NCBI GenBank assembly: GCA_029776255.1
Contig: JAKOTN010000078.1
Coordinates: 1,860-65,859, forward strand
DNA length: 64,000 nucleotides
Direction of reading: 5' to 3'
From: Pseudomonadota bacterium
GTDB lineage: Bacteria; Pseudomonadota; Gammaproteobacteria; Burkholderiales; Rhodocyclaceae
The notes beneath the pieces are model-generated. The model made no database searches, was not told the DNA's origin, and was given only the letters and a program-made list of their open reading frames with translations. Position 1 is the first letter of the stretch. Every line of letters begins with the position of its first letter. The position numbers were made by a program, and so were the translations under genes. This document shows positions 60,425-64,000 of this stretch, piece by piece.

Positions 60425-62937
60425 ACACCCTGGCGTGGTGGCTGATCCGCGCGCAATTCCGCACCCGCCGCGTCGCGACCTCGTTATCGATGCTGGCCAT
60501 CGCGCTCGGCGTGGCGCTCGGCTACGCCATCCACCTGATCAACGCCGCCGCCCTGGCCGATTTCTCACGGGCGATGAACAGCGTGCAGGGCGAGCCCGAC
60601 GCGGTGATCGTCGGGCGCGACAGCGCCGGCAGCGTGCCGCTGACCGTCGTCGAGGCCATCGCCCGCGACCCGGCGGTGCAGTCGGTCGTGCCGGTGATCG
60701 ACACCCGGGTGCGCCTTGCCGGCGCGCCGGCGCCGCTCCGGCTGATCGGCCTCGACGTGTTCAGCGCCGCGACGATGATGCCCAAGCTGATGCCGCGACA
60801 AGACGCGACGGCGACCGACGCGCCGATCTTCGCCGGCGGCGTTTTCGCCTCGCCGGCGGTGTTGCGTCAATTGAACGCCGCCATCGGCGATACGGTCACG
60901 CTGCAACGCGGCGACCGGCAGTGGACCACCCGCCTCGCCGGCGACCTGCCGGCCCTGGGGCCCGACGAACGGCTGCTGGTGGCCGATATCGCCTGGGTGC
61001 AAGCGCATTTCGGACCCGACGATGCCGTCGGCGAAGCACGCGTGCGGCTCACCCCCGACACCGATCCCGCGGCGTGGCGCGACGAACTGGCGCGCCGGCT
61101 GCCGCCCGGTCTGCTGCTTCGCGCCGCCGACGACGAAAACGCGCGCGTCTCGAATCTTTCGCTTGCCTACCGGGTGAACCTCAATGTCCTGGCCCTGGTC
61201 GCCTTGCTGACTGGCGCTTTCCTGGTTTTCGCCACCCAACTCACCGCCGTCGCGCAGCGCTCGACACAGTTCGCCCTGCTCGGCGTGCTGGGGTTGTCGC
61301 CACGCCGACGCCTGCTGCAAGTCCTGCTCGAAGGACTGGCCATCGGCGTGCCCGGCGCGCTGCTCGGTCTGGCGCTCGGCTACGCCCTGGCGCTGGCGTT
61401 CACCCGGCTGCTCGGCGGCGATCTCGGCGGCGGTTTTTTCTCGACCGGCACGACGACCCTCGTGCCCGCGCCCTTGCCGGCGCTGGGTTTTCTGGCCCTC
61501 GGCGCGCTGGCCAGTCTGGCCGGCGCCGTTTACCCGGCTTACCTGAACCGTCGGCAAGCGCTGGCGCACGCCTTGCACGCCGGTTTCGCCCAGACGCCGC
61601 GCGCGCGGCCGGCGCGCCCGCTGGTGCCGGCGCTGCGTCTGCTGGCCCTGGCGCTGCTCGCCGGCGGGTTGAGCCGGCTGCCGGCGTGGTCCGGCCTGCC
61701 GCTGGCCGGCTACGCGGCCATCGCGGTGCTGCTGGTCATCGGCATCGCCGCCGCGCCATGGCTGACCCGGTGGATTTTCGGTCTCTGCGCCGGCCTGCCC
61801 CTGCCGGCCACGCAACGCATCGCGTTGCAGAATGTCGCCCAGGCGCCCCTGATGGCACAGGTCGCCGCCGGCGGACTGATCGTCAGCTTCGCGCTGACGG
61901 CGAGCATGGTGATCATGGTCGGCAGCTTCCGCGTCGCCGTCGACCGCTGGCTCGACGACGTATTGCCGGCACCGCTCTACCTGCGCAGCAAGGCCACGCC
62001 GCTGCCGGAGGACTTGCTGGCCGCGCTGGCGCGCCCCGACACCCCTTTCGCCCGCGTCGAGGGCATGGCGCACGCCACGCTGACACTGGACCCGCGACGA
62101 CCGAACGTCACCCTGATCGTGCGCGAACTCGATCGGCTAGACCCGGCGGCGCGGCTCCCGTTCACCGGCCCGCTGTCGGTACCGCCGGACGAGACCCTGC
62201 CCGTGGTCTGGATCAGCGAACCCTTGCGGGAAATCTACGGCATCGCTCCCGGCCAGACGCTGCGCCTGCCCTTGCTTGGCGGCAGCGTCGAGGTTTTCGT
62301 CGGCGGCGTCTGGCGCGACTATTCCCGCCAGTTTGGCGCCGTGACGATCGGCGCCGACGACTATCGGCGCCTCGGTGGCCGCTTCCAGGCCAACGATCTG
62401 GCGCTGTGGCCGCGACCAGGACAAAACGCCGCCGCCGAGACCTGGCTGGCGCCCTACGCTCGGCGCGACGGTCTGGAAGTGGCGGAAACCGCCGAAATCC
62501 GTCAGTTGAGCCTGGCGATCTTCGACAAGAGCTTCGCCGTGACCTACGCGCTGGAAGCGGCGGCGATGCTGATCGGCCTGTTCGGACTGGCGGTGACCCT
62601 GGCCGCCGGCGTCTGGCTGCGCGCGCGCGAGTTGGCGACGCTGGGCGCGCTCGGCTTCAACCGGCGCATGCTCGGCCGCGCGGTGACGCTCGAAGGCGCG
62701 CTGATCGCCATCATCGGCCTGCTGATCGGCCTGGCCTGCGGCGTCGCCATCGGCGCCGTGCTGACGCACGTGGTCAATCCGCAAGCGTTTCACTGGCGGA
62801 TGCCGCTGCACATCCCCTGGCCGACCGTTCTCGGCGCCGCCGCGCTGACGCTCGCCGCCGCCATCGCCGCCAGTCACGCCGCCGCCCGCCAGGCCACCCG
62901 TCTGCCGTTGGCGCAAGTGCTGGCCGGCAGCCAGTAG
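60421..62937 (+). CDS. FtsX/MacB-like ABC permease (two FtsX domains)
   Basis: two TM bundles with periplasmic loops, RARELATLGALG, VNPQAFHW. Confidence 0.82.
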
Positions 62938-62942
62938 CGACC

Positions 62943-64000
62943 ATGCGCCGCCGCGACTTCCTGGCCACGCCGCTGCTGCTGCCGACGCTGCTCGCCGCCG
63001 AGGAGAGCGTCGCCTATCCGCCGGTGACACCCGGTCGCCGACTCCGCTTCCCGCGCGATCACGGCGCGCACCCGGATTTCCGCACCGAGTGGTGGTACGT
63101 CACCGGCGCACTCGACGCGCCGCAAGCCGACATCGGCTTTCAACTGACTTTTTTCCGCCGCCGCACGGGCTTTGCCGAAACGTTGCGCTCGCCGCTGGCC
63201 GCGCGTCAAATCCTTTTCGCGCACGCCGCCCTGACCCTGCCGGGCGACCGCCTGCGACACACCGAGCGCGTGGCGCGCGCCAATCTCGGCGCCAGTTTTT
63301 CCAGCACCGACTGCGACGTGGCCATCGGCGCATGGCGGCTGTGGCGCGAAATGCGCGGCCCTCGGGAAATATTGCGGCTGCGAATGCAAAGCGCGTCATT
63401 CTCCTACGATTTCACGCTGACGCCGTCGCAACCACCGATGCTGCAAGGCGACGACGGTTATTCGCGCAAGGGCGCCGCGCCGGAACTCGCCAGCTACTAC
63501 GTCAGTTGGCCGCGGTTGCGGGTCGACGGCCTGCTGCTGCGCGACGGTCGCCGGCAGGCGGTCGCCGGCCAGGCATGGTTCGATCACGAGTGGTCCACCG
63601 CCATTCTCGGCGACCGGGCGGTCGGTTGGGACTGGCTTGGCATCAACCTCACCGATGGCGGCGCGCTGATGGTCTTTCGCCTGCGCGACGCGCAAGGCGC
63701 CACGCTGTACGCGCACGCGGCCTGGCGCGACGCCACCGGTCGCCGACGCCGTTTCGACAGCGCCGAGATCCGCTTCACGCCCTTGCGCCGCTGGGCCTCA
63801 CCGCGCAGTGGCGCCAGCTACCCGCTGGAACTCGAAATCCACCTCGCCGACCTGACGGTACGCACGCGCCCGGTGATCGACGATCAGGAACTCGTCACCA
63901 GCCGCCCCGCCCCGGTGGTTTATTGGGAAGGGCTGGTCAAACTATCCGGCGGTCTCGAGGGTCGCGGCTATCTGGAATTGACCGGTTACGCCGACACGCT
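62943..64000 (+). CDS. AttH/CrtC-like lipocalin-fold secreted protein (partial, runs off the window)
   Basis: own translation: MRRRDFL (Tat-like), FPRDHGAHPDFRTEWWYVTG, WFDHEWS, GWDW, YWEG, GYLELTGY; no stop before 64000. Confidence 0.82.
   Translation, partial: MRRRDFLATPLLLPTLLAAEESVAYPPVTPGRRLRFPRDHGAHPDFRTEWWYVTGALDAPQADIGFQLTFFRRRTGFAETLRSPLAARQILFAHAALTLPGDRLRHTERVARANLGASFSSTDCDVAIGAWRLWREMRGPREILRLRMQSASFSYDFTLTPSQPPMLQGDDGYSRKGAAPELASYYVSWPRLRVDGLLLRDGRRQAVAGQAWFDHEWSTAILGDRAVGWDWLGINLTDGGALMVFRLRDAQGATLYAHAAWRDATGRRRRFDSAEIRFTPLRRWASPRSGASYPLELEIHLADLTVRTRPVIDDQELVTSRPAPVVYWEGLVKLSGGLEGRGYLELTGYADT

Overview
GC-rich betaproteobacterial chromosomal window. The gene set and order (PPK2, bktB, cd1 nirS, fnr/hemN, DUF2863, tyrB-uvrB) suggest Rhodocyclaceae, possibly Ca. 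Accumulibacter; this is inference only. Most of the window is core metabolism: a liv ABC transporter, ilvD/lgt, malonyl-CoA decarboxylase, ppk2, bioAFHCD, bktB, an FNR/hemN/copper block, selD, nirS plus c551, a diguanylate cyclase, uvrB and an ABC/AttH-like cluster. The stand-out region is the RtcR/sigma54 RNA-repair operon on the minus strand (38456-46132). (1) Its unusually long non-coding stretches hold several tRNA-like RNAs. One is a 212-nt element with a perfect 7-bp acceptor stem carrying the alanine identity pair G3.U70, plus A73, an encoded CCA, a canonical T-arm and an internal open frame. That is a short tmRNA-like architecture directly upstream of rtcB. (2) An integron-type gene cassette (barstar-like gene plus attC) sits between rtcB and the RlaP-type nucleotidyltransferase, with no integrase in the window. 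(3) A 106-bp MITE-like element with 14-bp perfect terminal inverted repeats is inserted exactly in the GTT core of that attC. Start codons were adjusted by hand from the ORF track. All family assignments come from motif recognition, not database searches.
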